A DNA stretch of 64,000 bases from Felis catus (GCF_018350175.1 NC_058368.1:200882001-200946000), one strand, 5' to 3'. Positions 1-13,992 are shown, counted from the first letter of the stretch. The notes: generated by a model not told the origin, from the letters alone. Translations and numbers: made by a program.

Positions 1-172
1 AGTCTGTTTTCCTGAATTCATATCACTCTTGTCCAGTAATATTTGCATAACTCATTTATTTTATAATCAACATCATAATTAATTATTCTTTTCATAAAAT
101 CAATTTAATAATTAATTATCATTTTCCCCATGATATATCTTATTATTCTCCAAACTACTATTCAAAATTTCC

Positions 173-291
173 ATCAATATTTATCTGGGAAGGATTAAAT
201 AGGAAATAAAATTAAGAAATTATGTAGATATTGAAATCAATATTTATTTGGGAAGGATTAAATAGGAAATAAAATTAAGAAATTATGTAGA
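173..291. repeat. Local tandem duplication, 56-bp copies, period 63 bp
   Basis: atcaatatttat(c/t)tgggaaggattaaataggaaataaaattaagaaattatgtaga at 173-228 and 236-291, one mismatch. Confidence 0.9.
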
Positions 292-785
292 AAATTATAT
301 AGAAAATTTAGTTTAGTTTGATTACATAAAAGGGTGAAAGAACTTTTAAGATGTCAGAAGCTACAAAACTATAATTTATTTATTTACCCTTTCATTCATT
401 TACTTGATATCTATTCATCAAGGACCTACAATGTGCTGGTCTTCTTTGAAGTGTTGGAGATTTTGAGAAAAATCACATGGATTTGTGAATTTTATTGGGA
501 AGAACAGATGATACACAACATTTTCCATTTTCTCATTCTTGGAAATTTAAGACCGTATTATTCTTTTTCAAAGAAAAAACTAAATTGACTTATGATTATA
601 GCAGTACCAAGAAACCAGGACAACTCTGCTGGGGCTTCCGATTGGTCATTCCTATTCCTTATCATACATCTGGAACTTTCCTCAATTTGTGCATAGAAGG
701 AGTTCTGTCACATTTGATTAATATTTTGTAATAGCATTATGTTTATTTTTGTAAGAGAAGTAACTTTAATATCTTAAAATTTATG

Positions 786-907
786 GTATATATATGTGTG
801 TGTATATATATGTATATATATAGGTATATATAGGTATATATATATATGATATAATGTCTTAAAATTTATTATATATATACACACATGCACATACACACAC
901 ACACACA

Positions 908-940
<33 letters not shown>
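786..940. repeat. Compound (TA)n/(CA)n/(TG)n microsatellite
   Basis: Directly visible; (CA)n-CG-(TG)n fold-back junction near 910. Confidence 0.95.
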
Positions 941-942
<2 letters not shown>

Positions 943-1783
943 TGCTTGAGTTTACTAAGATTTTTGAACTTCCCTTAGTTTGTGTCAATCCTCACAAAAC
1001 TTCACAGGGATCACTGATGGCTAAACATCAATTTGAGTGAAACACCAAAAAAATTAAACTGAAACATCATTTTGAAGGTGTTACAAGGATAAAAATCATG
1101 AGTAAAAGAAGATAATAAATGATTTTTTTTCTTATACTTTGAAAATCTCCAAAGGATACGGCAGACAGTATCATAGAGTCAAAAGCATAAAATAATAAGT
1201 TCTATTAAGTTCCTTCCACACTCATGAACACAGTGTGGTTTAAATTTGATGGAAAGCCACAAGCCAATTCTCATAAAATCAGACCCAGCTCGCCATTTCT
1301 GCTGCTGACAGCAAATGTCATTGCTGGGAAATAAGGCGGCAAGCTGCCATCTCCAAGGCATCAGCACCTCAGAGACAGATGAGAAAAAGGGGCCCGTGTG
1401 TAAACAGAAATGACCTGTGCTCCAGAAGAAAATGTGTGACTTCCTGGAGCCTGTTTGTGTCTTTTTTGGTAGACGGGCATCAGAACAATCTTGGGGGAGA
1501 GCATTCTGCTCCTTAAGACAATGTGGCACATTATCAGAAAAGAAGCAATACTAAGGGGAAAAGAAATGGGTCAGAGTTTATACTATTTGTGTTCTGGGAG
1601 TCATTTTCCAGACTCGTGGGCAGGCAATAAGTAACCCTGAGCCATTTTTGTACAATGTGTGCTACTCATTTGAAAAAATCTGAGTGTTTGTATGTATACG
1701 ATTTACATTTACATAGAATATATAAAATACCTAGAGCCTTCCGGCCACAAACAGACAGGGGTATATTAAGAGGAAATATTGTT

Positions 1784-1967
1784 GGGCACCTGGGTGGCTC
1801 AGTCGGTTAAGCATCCCACTCTTGGTTTCACCTCAGATCATGATCTCACAGTTTGTGAGTTCAAGCCCCGAGTTGAGCTCTGCACTGACAGCATGGAGGC
1901 TGATTATAATTCTCTCTCCCTGTCTCGCTGCATCCAACCCCTCAAAATAAATAAATAGACTTTAAAA
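1784..1967 (+). mobile_element. Can-SINE (tRNA-derived carnivore SINE)
   Basis: gggcacctgggtggctcagtcggttaagc head, gagttcaagccc B-box, aataaa tail; TSD aaga(g/a)gaaatattgt at 1768-1782 and 1968-1982. Confidence 0.95.
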
Positions 1968-1990
1968 AAGAAGAAATATTGTCATTTTCT

Positions 1991-2104
1991 TGTGTGTGTA
2001 TGTGTATGTGTGTATATGTATATGTATATATATATGTATATAAGATGAATACATGTACTAAGTGAGTTTATATAATTCACAGAGTATATATATATATATA
2101 TATA
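1991..2104. repeat. Degenerate (TG)/(TA) microsatellite
   Basis: Directly visible. Confidence 0.8.
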
Positions 2105-3168
2105 CTGTTAAAGTATTAGAATATAAACTGTAAAAGTATTAGAATATATAAGCTGGAAATTTTCACGAATGTGTACACATCCAATCTATATGAGAGCATA
2201 TCTGTGATCAATTTGTATTTCATGTTTTACCTAGGGATTTGTACTTGGGCAAAAAGGGTTACAGAGTCCATTAGCTGATCTGAATTTATGACAATGAATC
2301 CCTTGATGTTCAGATATGACAGGAATTACTCTCCTCTAATGAGTAATAAATGTGGATAAGTCATGTGTCCCATTGGATTACTTGGCTAAAATCACATTTA
2401 GAAGATGGCTAATTGTCTAAAATTTATCCAAATTCAATACAAATTTTATTGCCACTAATTGCCTTTGCAGGTTTTGGAGCATTAAGCATATTTAAATGTA
2501 TTTATCATAGCACTCCTGTGCACATGTAATGCATGAATAGAATAGTCACTACTATCCAATATAAGCTTTTCAGCTATTTTGGCAATTTAACATTAAATTA
2601 TTATGACTTAAAATATAACTTTCCGTTTTTAGAACTGCAACAAATTGTGTTTTAAATTAAATGTTTTTGCCATGGGTGGTCTATGCTTATTGTTTTGCAG
2701 ATTTGACATTACTTAATTGCAATATCAGTGTTACCAACAACCAAGAACATTGTCACACCTGTTAGTATCATTGTAGAGGAATTCAAATTGCCATTCTAAA
2801 CTGAACTAATGTACCCAGGGCCAGCACACTAAATACCTGTTTCTAGAACTTTTATGTATCTTAAAAATAATCCTTTATTTGAAATTGCAAATGTAAAATT
2901 GGTGTTTGATGTTGAGAAAAAAATTTAAAAATCATATTTTTTGGCAAAATAAATGAGCTACCTCATAGCTAAATATATAAGCAAGCCATATACTTTAAAA
3001 AGAGTTCTACAGACATTTTAAAGTTTTTCTTTTATTAAGTATGCTTATAAAATAATTTAAAAATTCAAAGTATTTTTAGATGATATGTTTACATTGAAAT
3101 ATTCTTTACACTGAAAAAGCCCAATGGAAAAATGCTTAGTTTGAGAAAAATATTAAAAAAGACAGAGA

Positions 3169-3384
3169 GGGACGCCTGGGTGGCTCAGTTGGTTAAGCAT
3201 CTGACTCTTGATTTGGGCTCAGATCATGATCTCATGGTTTGGTTTGTGAGTTTGAGCCCTGCACCCAGCTCCATGCTGACAGTGTGGAGCCTGCTTGGGA
3301 TTCTCTGTCTCCCTCTCTCTCTGCCCCTCCCTGCTCACTGTTTCTCTCTCTTTCTCAAAAATACAAATAAGAAACACTTTAAAA
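3169..3384 (+). mobile_element. Can-SINE
   Basis: gggacgcctgggtggctcag head, CT-rich tract, A-rich tail; approximate TSD aaaaga(c/g)agaga. Confidence 0.95.
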
Positions 3385-3479
3385 GAGAGAGAAAATGAAA
3401 CGAGATAAGTAAATATATATTTTCTTAACAAAAAATTCAATGTGATAGCAATTCTAGGTCAAACAGCAGTTTGATCACA

Positions 3480-6400
3480 TCTTCCTACTCCAAACACATA
3501 GAAAATAATGGATAGAATACAACAATAATATATAAATGCATAGCTGATTTGCTACAGAGAAATCTCTGCAGACCAGAAACAGAGAAGGAACCCATGGTGT
3601 AAATAAGGACCATACAGCTACACTACTCATTGGAAACCAGAGCTGAAAATAAGTCTTTCAGTGAGGTCTCAAAGCCCCTGCGAGGGTGGGGCCGAGAACA
3701 CATCCTACGTGCTGGGTAGTTAGAACTGCAGGTGCCCATACGAAAGTCTATTTACAGATAGAACCTAGAATACCATCTACCAGCCTGGGGGAGAGGTAGA
3801 ATCGCCCCTCTGTACCCTTGGTATACCTGTGCTGTCGAAGACTCTAAAACCTAGTATGGGGGGAGCACACTGGAGGAAACTCCTTGAGAAGATGAAATCA
3901 CTAAAATGAATTAAAGCCACATGAGGAATTAAAGCCACCTGAAATGGGCCCAACAATTTTAATAAATTCATATCCAAGGAAATGATGATAATGAAACAAT
4001 TTGGGAAAGGACTTTCCAATAGACTACTTAAAATTTCTTAGTTATGAAAGAGGGAATAGTCCTATGAAATAAGAAAAACAAACAAGTAAAAAGTAAGAAA
4101 TTATTATTTTAAAAAGTATAGGTTTCTATGAAAAATAATTTATTAGAAATATTAGAAATAAAAAGCATATTAGAAATAAAAATAAAATATTTTTAAAAAT
4201 AATAAATGAGCTTTAAGGTCATCTAGAAGCAACTAAAGAAATGGTGATTAGGTTAGAAAACAGAAGCTGGAATCCTTGCAATAATGTACCACAAAGAGAT
4301 GGGAAATCTGAAAGAAAAATTCAGATATATGTAAGGTTAGTTAGGAAGTTCCATTTCATGTCTAACATTTCAGAAGAAGAGAATGGGGATACATCTTGAG
4401 TGGGCAATATCCAAAGGGTTTAGGCTAAGAATTGTCCCTACTGAGATATTATTCATATTGAAAAAGCCTAAAGGTAGAATAATCATGTTCATTCCACATC
4501 TGGCTACATCATAACAAAATTGCAGAATATCAGAAATAAAAACAACAACAACAACAACAAACCAACTAACCAGCCAAACAAAAATCCTCTAAAAGCCACA
4601 GGAAAGGAAGATGTTACACAGAATGGCAATAACCCAACAGCAGATTTCTCACCAGCAACCAATATGCCAAAATACAGTAGAATGATAGTGTTAAAAACAT
4701 AATGGGGGAAAAAACAAAAACAACAAAAAAAAAATCATTTTGGGGAAAGAAAACAAATAAACTTTTTTTCTTTTTCTTTTCTTTTTTTTTTTTTTTTTTT
4801 ACCCAGCCAAATAATGATTTCGGAGGGATGATGTAATGAGCATTTATCTTTTCTGACTGCCTCTCTCAGTTTGAACAGGAAGCAAGAAAAAAAGTGAAAG
4901 TAGAACGAATTGGAGTAACAAGTAACCATGAGAAAAAAAATATTAGTAAAGTCAAATAGTAAATCTAAATGAACATAGACCAAAATGAATTAAGTATAAT
5001 TGTATAATTAATAAAACATACAAATCTGGTATATTTTAGCTAAAGGAATCTTCTTTATTTTTTAGAGTTTTCTACTCTTTTGTAACTTCTTAAAACATTC
5101 TGTAAGTGGATTTGAAATAATATTAGAAACATTAATAATAGAAACAAGGCTAAAGAAAACCAAAACATAATAGAAAAACTGCAGATAATCAAAGAATATA
5201 GTAAAAATAAAAGTAGAACTTGTAAATAGTAATAAAAATATTTAAGTAATGATAAAAAAACTACAGGAATAAAGGAAGATAGTGTAAGCACTTATAAGTT
5301 GGTGTTCCTAAACAAAAGACTAGAAAAAATAAAATAGGGGTGCCTGGGTAGCTCAGTTAAGCGTTCGACTTCAGCTAAGGTCAAGATCTCTCAGTTCGTC
5401 AGTTCGAGCCATGTGTTGGGCTCTGTGCCGACAGCTCAGAGCCTGGAGCCGACTTCAGATCCTGTGTCTCCCTCTCTCTCTCTCTGTCCCTCCCCCACTC
5501 ATGTTCTGTCTCTCTCAAAAATAAATAAATATTTTTAAATTTAAAAATATTAAATTTTAAAGAAAAAATAGAAGTAAAAAAGTCATGAGACAAAAATTTA
5601 CTAATCTTAATAAATACTCGTCTTCAGTTTATGCAGAGAATGAAAATATACATATACCAGTTACAGCATCTGAAATTCAAGAATTAAAAAAAAAAACCAT
5701 AAAGAAGCGAAAAAGCTACCCTTAAAAGAATAAAAATTAAGCTTGTTTGAGACTTATCTTTTACAACATTAGATGTCAGAAGACAATGAATTCACCAAAG
5801 GAGAAAATGATGACTCAATTTTCAAGGTTCTATGAAGTTGTTGTTAGCAGGATAATTAATCAAATTTTTTGATTTACATAAGGATTCAGAAAGTATTTCA
5901 CCTGAATACTTTTCCTGAATAAAGTCTCAAAGATTCAGTGTAACTTATTGGGAAAGAAACCTAAATAAGATGAAAAGTGGAAAAGCTGTACTGGAAAAGG
6001 ACTAGTAATAATCACTGAAAACAACCATATATTTAGTTAAGTTCAGTTTTATATATATAGCTTCAGAACAGAATTTAGATGTGAAAATAAAAGGTGAATA
6101 ATATAAAAATTAAAAAAAATAATGTATTCCTCTGCATCTGAAAAATCTAAGTGTAACAAACAATACCAGGAAATGGATGAGGACAGTGGGAAGCTCACAT
6201 AAACAGAAATTTAGTTAGTATTTCATTCAGGACCTAGTAAGTAGAGAACCATTGTTTTAAGATTTTAACGAAAGGGTAATCACTAAAGTAATAATATTCA
6301 GGATCAATTTTAATCATATCATAAAGAATAAAGAAACCAATATTTGACCCAAATTTGATTCCTGAAAATAAGCATGGAAATTATACAAAATAGAAGACAT

Positions 6401-6550
6401 GAATATGTGGCATACATTATATGTTACACGTATCGTTATGAAAATTAATATGGTGTTAAGTTGTTAAGTTTCAAATTTTAGCTTCATTCAAAATTCAGAA
6501 ATTCACCTATATACTATCTATAAGAGGTAAATCTAAAACAAAATTACATA
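3480..6550 (+). mobile_element. Highly decayed ancient L1/HAL1-like remnants (5'/ORF1-like), interrupted by a SINE
   Basis: Long A-rich strand-biased tract with ORF1-like motifs (e.g. acagcagatttctcaccagcaac near 4637; acaacattagatgtcagaagacaatg near 5763); boundaries approximate. Confidence 0.45.
5337..5560 (+). mobile_element. Can-SINE (felid type)
   Basis: ggggtgcctgggtagctcag head, gacagctcagagcctggagcc felid-type segment, tail; TSD core agaaaaaata. Confidence 0.95.
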
Positions 6551-6592
6551 AAAGAAAGGGAATGAACAATGATATATCACACAGTGTTAAAT

Positions 6593-6785
6593 GGGCATGT
6601 GGGAGGCTCACTCAGTTAAGCATCCAACTGTACGTTTCAGCTCAGGTCATGATTCATGGGTTTGAGCCTGGCATTGAGCTCTGTGCTGGCAGCATGGAGC
6701 CTGCTTGGGATTCTCTCTCTCTCCCTCTCTCTCTGCCCCTTTCCTGTTTTCTCTCTCTGAAAATAAATAAACATTGAAACAACAA
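6593..6785 (+). mobile_element. Can-SINE, older and diverged
   Basis: tcagctcaggtcatgat and gagcctgcttgggattctctct motifs, aaataaataaa tail. Confidence 0.9.
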
Positions 6786-7715
6786 ATACAGCTGGGGTCC
6801 CATTTCAATACAGCCAAGACCTCATTTTGCTTATGCTATCTGGTTCCAGGGCAGTCAGAGGGAACGAGGTGTTATTTCTTGCAAATGAAGAATAATATAA
6901 CCACTAAAAGAAAAAGAATAGGTAGTAAAGGCAGATTGTCTATCCAGAAAACTTCGAATAATTAATTACCAAAAAGTTAAAAATGAGCTTAGTAAACTAC
7001 ATGTTTAAGAACACTAGAAGCATTTTTAAATATTGGTAATGATACCATGCAATGAGATAAGTAATAGCATAGTAGCATCACAAATCATTCTTTAATTTTC
7101 CAATTATGTGGAGATGCCCAAAATCTAGTTAGGCATAAACAATGGTACCCACAAGGCCAATGTGTCTAGGAAATTTTAACAAGAATGTGCTGTTACCTGA
7201 CTTCGCTGTTCCATTGGTGAGTAGGTTTTTGTGCAGACAGCACGGCCAACAGATAAGAAGTTGAATGGGCGTGTACACATTTTTTCCTACGTTCTTTTTC
7301 TAAGTGGCAATTTTCAAATTATAATTTTTATATTTCTTTGATAACTAAGAATTTTAATTTGTATATCCTATTGACTGTCGGCAAATTAAAATTATACAAC
7401 ACAGAGGTAACAGGGCGGAAGCCCAGTTGAAGTTGATCAGTTAAGAAAAGCATATTACATTCACACACACGCACGCACGCACGCACACACAGCAACAGTA
7501 AACTATGAACAAGAAAGAACAGATTAAATGGTGAGTCTCAAAAGAAAGGAGCCAGCAAAAGACTTTAGTCAGTATCTCAATATATTCTGTTCTCTGTTAT
7601 TTATAATTTATTTATTAGTTGGATGATAATTCTATGTGTAGTATGATCATGTGAATTGCTTTTTATTTTCTTTCCCTCTTCAATTAATACATACCATTAA
7701 AACATAACAGTGATT

Positions 7716-8075
7716 GACATGGATGGAGCTAAGAGAGCATTATGCTAAGTAAAAGAAGTCAGTCAGAGAAAGACAAATACCATATGATTTCATGCATATG
7801 TGGAATTTAAAAAACAGAACAAACGAGCAAAGGGGGTGGGGGGAAGAGGGAGGGAGGCAAACAAGAAACAGACTCAACTGTAGAGGACAAACTGATGGTT
7901 ACCAGAGGGGAGATGGGCGGGGGTGGGTTAAATAGGTGATGGGGATTAAGGACTGATCTGTTGTGATGAGCACATGTTGTTGTATGGAAGTGTTGAGTTA
8001 CTGCATTGTATGCCTGAAACTAATATTGCAGTGTATGCTAACTGAAATTTAAATATAAACTTAAGAATAAAATGA
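7716..8075 (+). mobile_element. 5'-truncated carnivore L1 (end of ORF2 plus 3'UTR)
   Basis: acatggatggagcta...atgctaagt...agtcagtcagagaaagacaaataccatatgatttca, G-rich 3'UTR; TSD aaaac(c)ataa(c/t)agtgatt at 7699-7715 and 8076-8093. Confidence 0.9.
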
Positions 8076-9429
8076 AAAACCATAATAGTGATTAAAAAGG
8101 TCACTGGGATTTCTACTCTTTGAAGTGAATTTGGGGGAGTCTAACAAAGGGTTAAAAAAAATATAGAATATAGAGAATTCTAAATTCTCAACAACTCACT
8201 CTAATTTAATACATAATTTAGTATGACAATAGTTTGGAATATCAAGGTTAGAGGATAAAAGGAAGAAAAACAGTAGCTTTAAAAGGCAGCTTTTTTTGTG
8301 CAATCAATTGAAACAGGTTGAGTTGCTTAAAGGAGTTGTGAGTGGTTATTATAGAAGTGAAAGGTCAGGTACAATGTGATAAAAGCTTTTTGAAATACAC
8401 ACATGTATTTCCCATAGCGCACCAAAATGCCATATATTGACCAACATAAATAATGCGAGTAGCTTAAAGAAATTTTGGTCAACAACCTGGTTATCAATCC
8501 CAAATGGTGGACAAACTTGAAAAGCATGTGTTTCAAGTATAAAATGATGAAGAGGACCAATCAGACATTGAAAAATGTGGCTTTTTCAAATAGGAAGAAA
8601 TAAAACTTAGGCATATGCAAAAAGCAATGCAATGTTGAGTGCCAAATATCAACACAGAGGACAGATTGTCTTCTCGAGAAGAGAAATGCACTAGGTTTTA
8701 GTTAGTAGAACTAACTCACACCACACAAGATAATCAGCAGTTAGTTGATGCAGTTAAATGTAAAAAATGTAAACATAAATGTTTTAAAAGTATATAGACC
8801 CATGATATTTTCTGAAAAAAGGAAAGACATTTTAAGAAATATAACTATTAAGATTATGTGACAGGTTAAAAGATCAAAATATTAAACATTAACATAAAAG
8901 ACATGATACAATGAGAAAATGTGCATTACGCGTGCCAAAGTGACCTTTCCTCCATACAGAGCAGCTACAACCACTGCAACACATGCACACATACACATTG
9001 ACACACAAGTGTAAGCACACACATAGAAAAATGTTATATTTTGTCAAAGAAAATATTCAGAGACAGTAAACATGCAGGCTATAGTTAACATTACTTGTAA
9101 GTAAAGAAACAAAGAGCACAAATCAACCAAATGAGGCTATTATTTTTATGTATCAATATGGCAATTCGAAAACAACCAACACTTAATGTTGGTCAAAATG
9201 TGGGGCAGAAAACAACCACACATCTCCACTGATGCAACTTCCTGGCAAAAAAATATTGGAAAGTCTATGTCAAAAGGAATTTGGTAACAGGAATATATCA
9301 CAAGGAAACCATAAAAGCCATATAAAAGTATTGCCTACAAGATCATTTACAACAATGTGAGGTGATTAATAATAAAAACAGGGAGGTAATCTACATACCC
9401 CCAGTTAAACAATTGATTGAATTGACCAA

Positions 9430-9431
<2 letters not shown>

Positions 9432-9462
<31 letters not shown>

Positions 9463-9490
9463 GTATATACATATATATATATGTATATAT
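9432..9490. repeat. (TG)n(TA)n microsatellite
   Basis: Directly visible. Confidence 0.9.
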
Positions 9491-9760
9491 TGGAAAATTC
9501 ATAACAACCATATTTAGAAAAATAATCAATTGAATGAATATGACACAGCCTTAAGTAAAGAACAGTAGATTATAAATATTTTGCATTGAAAGTTCCAAAT
9601 ATATTAAATGTATTTTCTATGTAGGTATAAGGAAATATTAGCCTATCAGTAATAATCCCTGGATGTTGGAATTTTGAAGATCTACTAATTTTTGCATAAT
9701 GTAAGTAATCACTGATAACTGGATAAATGTTATATGGTTTTTAAAAGTTGAAATAACTTT

Positions 9761-9955
9761 GAAATGCATCCAAATAAAATAGGATGATTAAGAGACAAAA
9801 AGCTGGATAGCTGTGTAGACATACGACACAGCAAATACGGCAAAATGCTAGTAAAATCACCTAGAATCTAGGTGATAATATATGGGTATTCACTGTACAA
9901 TTCTTTCAACTGTGGTATGTTTGAAAATGTTCATAATAAAATATCAGAAAAAATA
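9761..9955 (+). mobile_element. Ancient L1ME-type 3' end
   Basis: gggtattcactgtacaattctttcaact...gtatgtttgaaaatgttcataataaaa is characteristic of L1ME 3' termini; older L1 remnants probably extend upstream to about 8300. Confidence 0.7.
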
Positions 9956-11655
9956 ATTTAAGTAATTATAGCAATAAAAATGTGATGTCCACTATATTTA
10001 TGTTTTAAAATATATTTATGTTTCTTTCATTGATCATGATGCTGATCTTTTTAACCTGAACATAATATTATTTTTATTAGTTTTAAAACTATGCTGGTTA
10101 GAAGTTAGGGGGAAAAGAAGGGAAATCTTTACAGCAGCAAATTTATAAACAGGTTGTATAGCTACAATGTTGACCAGCCAATAGTTAAAATATTAAGTTC
10201 TTATACAGGCTCTACTTCTATCTTTAATTAGTAGGAAAGCTACTTGGAAGATGAGCCCTTCAAATGTAGTTCCCCGCCTTATTGGAGTGCACTGAGTCCC
10301 TTATCTCCGACATGGAAGAACTTCACTCTACAGCTCCTAGTGCCCCACTGAGGGCCAAGAGTGGTTTCCCTGATGGCTTAGAAAGTTATGTAGGAAACAG
10401 AGGTCAGAACACTCTTCTATCTGGTAAGAGTTTAGAGGACCAGGCCCTCTTCATTTTTGTAACCAACACAATGCTTTTGACACTGTCCTGAAATATAAGC
10501 CTAACCAAGGTATAGGCCAAAAGACTGAAGAGTCTGCTTTTGACTAAGCCTGGTGGATGGAAGACTCATAGCTTAAGGGGCACGATCTTGCTAGCACCTG
10601 TATACTTTGTCCAGTTAGAGAGCCAAGAGTACTCATTACTAATGAAATCAGAGTAAAAACTGTAGACCTTAAGTCAAATAAAGTAGAGTTAAAAACAAGA
10701 ATCCGTCCCAGGTTTCAGCACTAAAACAAAAATGAAAACAGAAACAAAATCAATAAAAAGGAATCCAAGAAATATTTTTAAAAGCAATTTTCTTTGGATA
10801 TTGAAGAAGTTGCTGAGCATTCGGGGTGAAAGTTGTGTGAGTATCGCCAATTTTGGGATCCAGTCAGTATCTAATCATGTCTGAAAGTTGCAGTAATAGT
10901 ACTGATAACTCATCAGTTAGGGAAAAATGGAAGTTTTGATGTGAAATTAGATATAATAAGGTAATATTGGCATCAGCTTCAAAGCCTTTCAAAGCGCTAA
11001 GAAGACTTTACAGAAACTCAAGAGTAACTATCTACTTCCTCCTAATCTAACAACAGTTTTTTTCCCTTCAAATAACAATATGAAAAATAAATTAAAAATA
11101 AGTGTTCAACTTATTTGATTATTCTTTTCAAAAGATGTATGTGTATTCAATTCAACAACATTTTTGAGAAATTAGTCTAAGAAATTGTGATGGGTTCTGT
11201 TGGAAGTTTAACAGACTAAAAAACTCCCTAGGAAGAAATATATTAGAGCATGGTTACCCATGGGGGAGCACTATAGATGAGTTGAAAGAGTTTTTACATT
11301 TAAATATGTTGAACAGCCTTTTTAAACAAAATATGTTGAGAAGATTTTGGTGAGCTATATCAAATATTTAGCCAACATTAATATCTTTGCTTCTATATGA
11401 AATTCTGGGCTCTAAATAATTAATTGGGTAACTGCCATTTGTATATGGTATAGAATTTACAAAGCAAATGTATATTTATGTAACACTCATACACATAGTC
11501 TGTAATTTAAGAATCATCTTTATTTTATGAGGGAGGAACTAAGAATTAAAGACATTTACCCTTTTATTTTTCTTCTTTTCAGAGTACATATTAAGATTTT
11601 ACATGCTCTAGAAGAGTTATTCTAGAAGAGTTATTTGGAGAACTTGCAAGTTCTT

Positions 11656-11875
11656 GGGGCGCCTGGGTGGCTCAGTCGGTTGAGCGTCTAACTTTGGCTC
11701 AGGTCATGATCTCACAGTCTGTGAGTTCAAGCCCCGCATCGGGCTCTGTGCTGATGGCTCAGAGCCTGGAACCTGCTTCCAATTCTGTGTCTCCCTCTCT
11801 CTCTGCCCCTTCCCTGCTCATGCTCTGTCTTTCTCTGTCTCAAAAATAAATAAAAACATTAAAAAAAAAGAAAAG
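11656..11875 (+). mobile_element. Can-SINE (felid type) inserted into MER5A
   Basis: Full head, body and tail; TSD core tgcaagttctt on both sides. Confidence 0.97.
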
Positions 11876-11990
11876 AAATGCAAGTTCTTGAGCCCCATCC
11901 CAGATCTATTGAATCAGAAACTGGAGGTGGAGCTCTGAAATGTGTATTTTGACAAGCCTTCTAGATAATTCTGACGCATGCTAAATTGAT
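11876..11990. mobile_element. MER5A (hAT-Charlie) fragment
   Basis: aaatgcaagttcttgagccccatcccagatctattgaatcagaaact...aagccttctagataattctgacgcatgctaaa matches MER5A as recalled. Confidence 0.75.
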
Positions 11991-12250
11991 GCTTGCCAAT
12001 TCTCTAATTAAATAGATAATTCTCTCATTAGCTTGCTAGGAATATCCCAGATGATCTGTACCTAAATCTTTTAAGTTATTTGCATTTTATGTTAAACACT
12101 TTTATATTCTAAAATTATGTTTCTACATCTAAAAATTGTAATGAAACAATTAGCACATTTTCTTGGTAAGCAAAAATAATTTACACAAATACACTTTCGG
12201 TAGATGTTAAATTGCTAACATATATTTTAAATGATAGTTTAATAATTATA

Positions 12251-12888
12251 CAGTAAAACCTTTGTTTATAAGCATAATTCATTCAGGAAACATGCATGTA
12301 ATTCAAAGCATTTTGTATATCAAAGCGAATTTCCCCATAAGAAATAATGGAAACTCAGATGATTTGTTCCATAGCTCAAAAATATTCATATAAAAATGAT
12401 TACAAAACTGTAATATAATGCAAAATAATAAAGCAAATACAAAATATTAAGAAAAATAAACAAATTAACCCACACTTACCTTTGAAAGCCTTCGTGGCTG
12501 GTGTTCTGGAGACAAGAGAGAGGAGGGTTATTGTGTAGGACAACTTTCACTATCACAGAATCACTGCTAATCATTGACTGAATGGAATCTTTTTTCTTTT
12601 CATGCAACTTTAACAAGGAAGCTATCTAATGAATGACACTTACTTTTGCCTCCTTTTGAGGATTTCGTGGAAATGTGACATTGCATCGTGAAACAGGGTC
12701 ATCACTCGCACTGCTATGGCCTTATTCAGGTGGTGCTGTTGCCCTCAATGTAGATCCATCAGTTCATCCAGTAATCAACTCTAGACTTTTGGCATCGCTC
12801 ATTTATCAAGTTAAAATTTATTAGAAATGTTTGCTCCTCTTGCGAAACACTCGCTAGAACAAGTTACTCACTATCGAAGGTTTTACTG
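12251..12888. mobile_element. Non-autonomous TcMar (Tigger/pogo-like) DNA transposon with both ends intact
   Basis: TA-cagtaaaacctt ... aaggttttactg-TA: 12-bp perfect terminal inverted repeat (longer imperfect) and TA target-site duplication. Confidence 0.85.
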
Positions 12889-13702
12889 TACTTTAAAAAT
12901 AAGTTGGAATTACTGAGGCAAGGTCTCTGTTCATTATTCTTAATGTAACCAGAGTAGATTATGCCAAAACAAGTTTTCTGAGTCAGACAAACATTTTCAT
13001 AGGCATTAAAACACATACTTTAAATTCTTAACAGCCACATACATGTGGCTATACTACTTTGTAATTTGTGTTATTTGTAGGACTTCAAAATAATACTTGA
13101 TTTTTACTTTTTCCATTAAGACAAGTACTATCTACTGTCAAAAATATTGAATTCAGTGTTATTTACCAAGTATACATTATAGGTTTTTAAAAAACATAAT
13201 CCAATGAACACTGGATTTAAAAACTGGTCAAGGCACCCAGAGTGGAGAACATTACCATTCACACTAAAAAAAACAATTGCTATGATTTTCACTATACTCA
13301 ATCAAGTTGAAACTTCCACTGTCTGATTCTGCTTATTTTAAAAGCCCATTTGGCTCATATTAATTTTTCTTTACCCATGTGCGTGCTATCTGATTTGGCC
13401 AGTGGCTCTTGCTAATTCACAGTGACAGTTTTGAATGATGTCATTTTCTATCATTTCTGAGTTCATTGCATTTAATGTTCAAAAATATGGTGAAACTATC
13501 ATAATAAAGAAGCATAATCTCAGGAAGACATTAACAAATATCTTTTATAAGGTATTTCTGCTGAACAACTGTAAAAATTTAGCTCCATCTTCTTTTATAG
13601 ATTATATTTCAATCAAAACCAAATAGCACTGCCAGACCAAGGCCATGACTCATTATATATCTTCTGTTTATTAACCATTTGATTCTCACTGCATCTGTTG
13701 TC

Positions 13703-13740
13703 GCAAGCAAGAAAGCAAGAAAGCAAGAAAGCAAGAAAGA
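13703..13740. repeat. (GCAAGAAA)n octamer tandem repeat
   Basis: Four consecutive gcaagaaa units. Confidence 0.9.
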
Positions 13741-13807
13741 GGAAAGACCTCTAGTTGGAATTTAAAATTTTCTATGTGACCTCATTTTTTCTAAATACAC
13801 TTTGATA

Positions 13808-13916
13808 GGGACACTGGGTTGCTCAGTAAGTTAAAAACCCTACTCTTGATCTCAGCTCAGGTCTTGATCTGAAAGTCATGAGTTCAAGCCCTGAGTTGAA
13901 TTCCACTCTGGGCATC
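13808..13916 (+). mobile_element. Short or old Can-SINE, tRNA-like head only
   Basis: ctcttgatctcagctcaggtcttgatct...gagttcaagccc; tail replaced by (CA)n. Confidence 0.8.
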
Positions 13917-13956
13917 ACACACACCCACACACACACACACACACCACACAACACAC

Positions 13957-13992
<36 letters not shown>
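13916..13992. repeat. Interrupted (CA)n microsatellite
   Basis: Directly visible. Confidence 0.95.

Noticed and set aside
173..291. Direct repeats suggestive of a CRISPR-like array
   Set aside because: Only two copies with no unique-spacer series, in a mammalian context; an ordinary tandem duplication, like those near 2101-2150, 11607-11636 and 33839-33892.
1360..1380. tcagcacc half-site resembling a REST/NRSE element
   Set aside because: The right half-site (GGACAG at canonical spacing) is missing.
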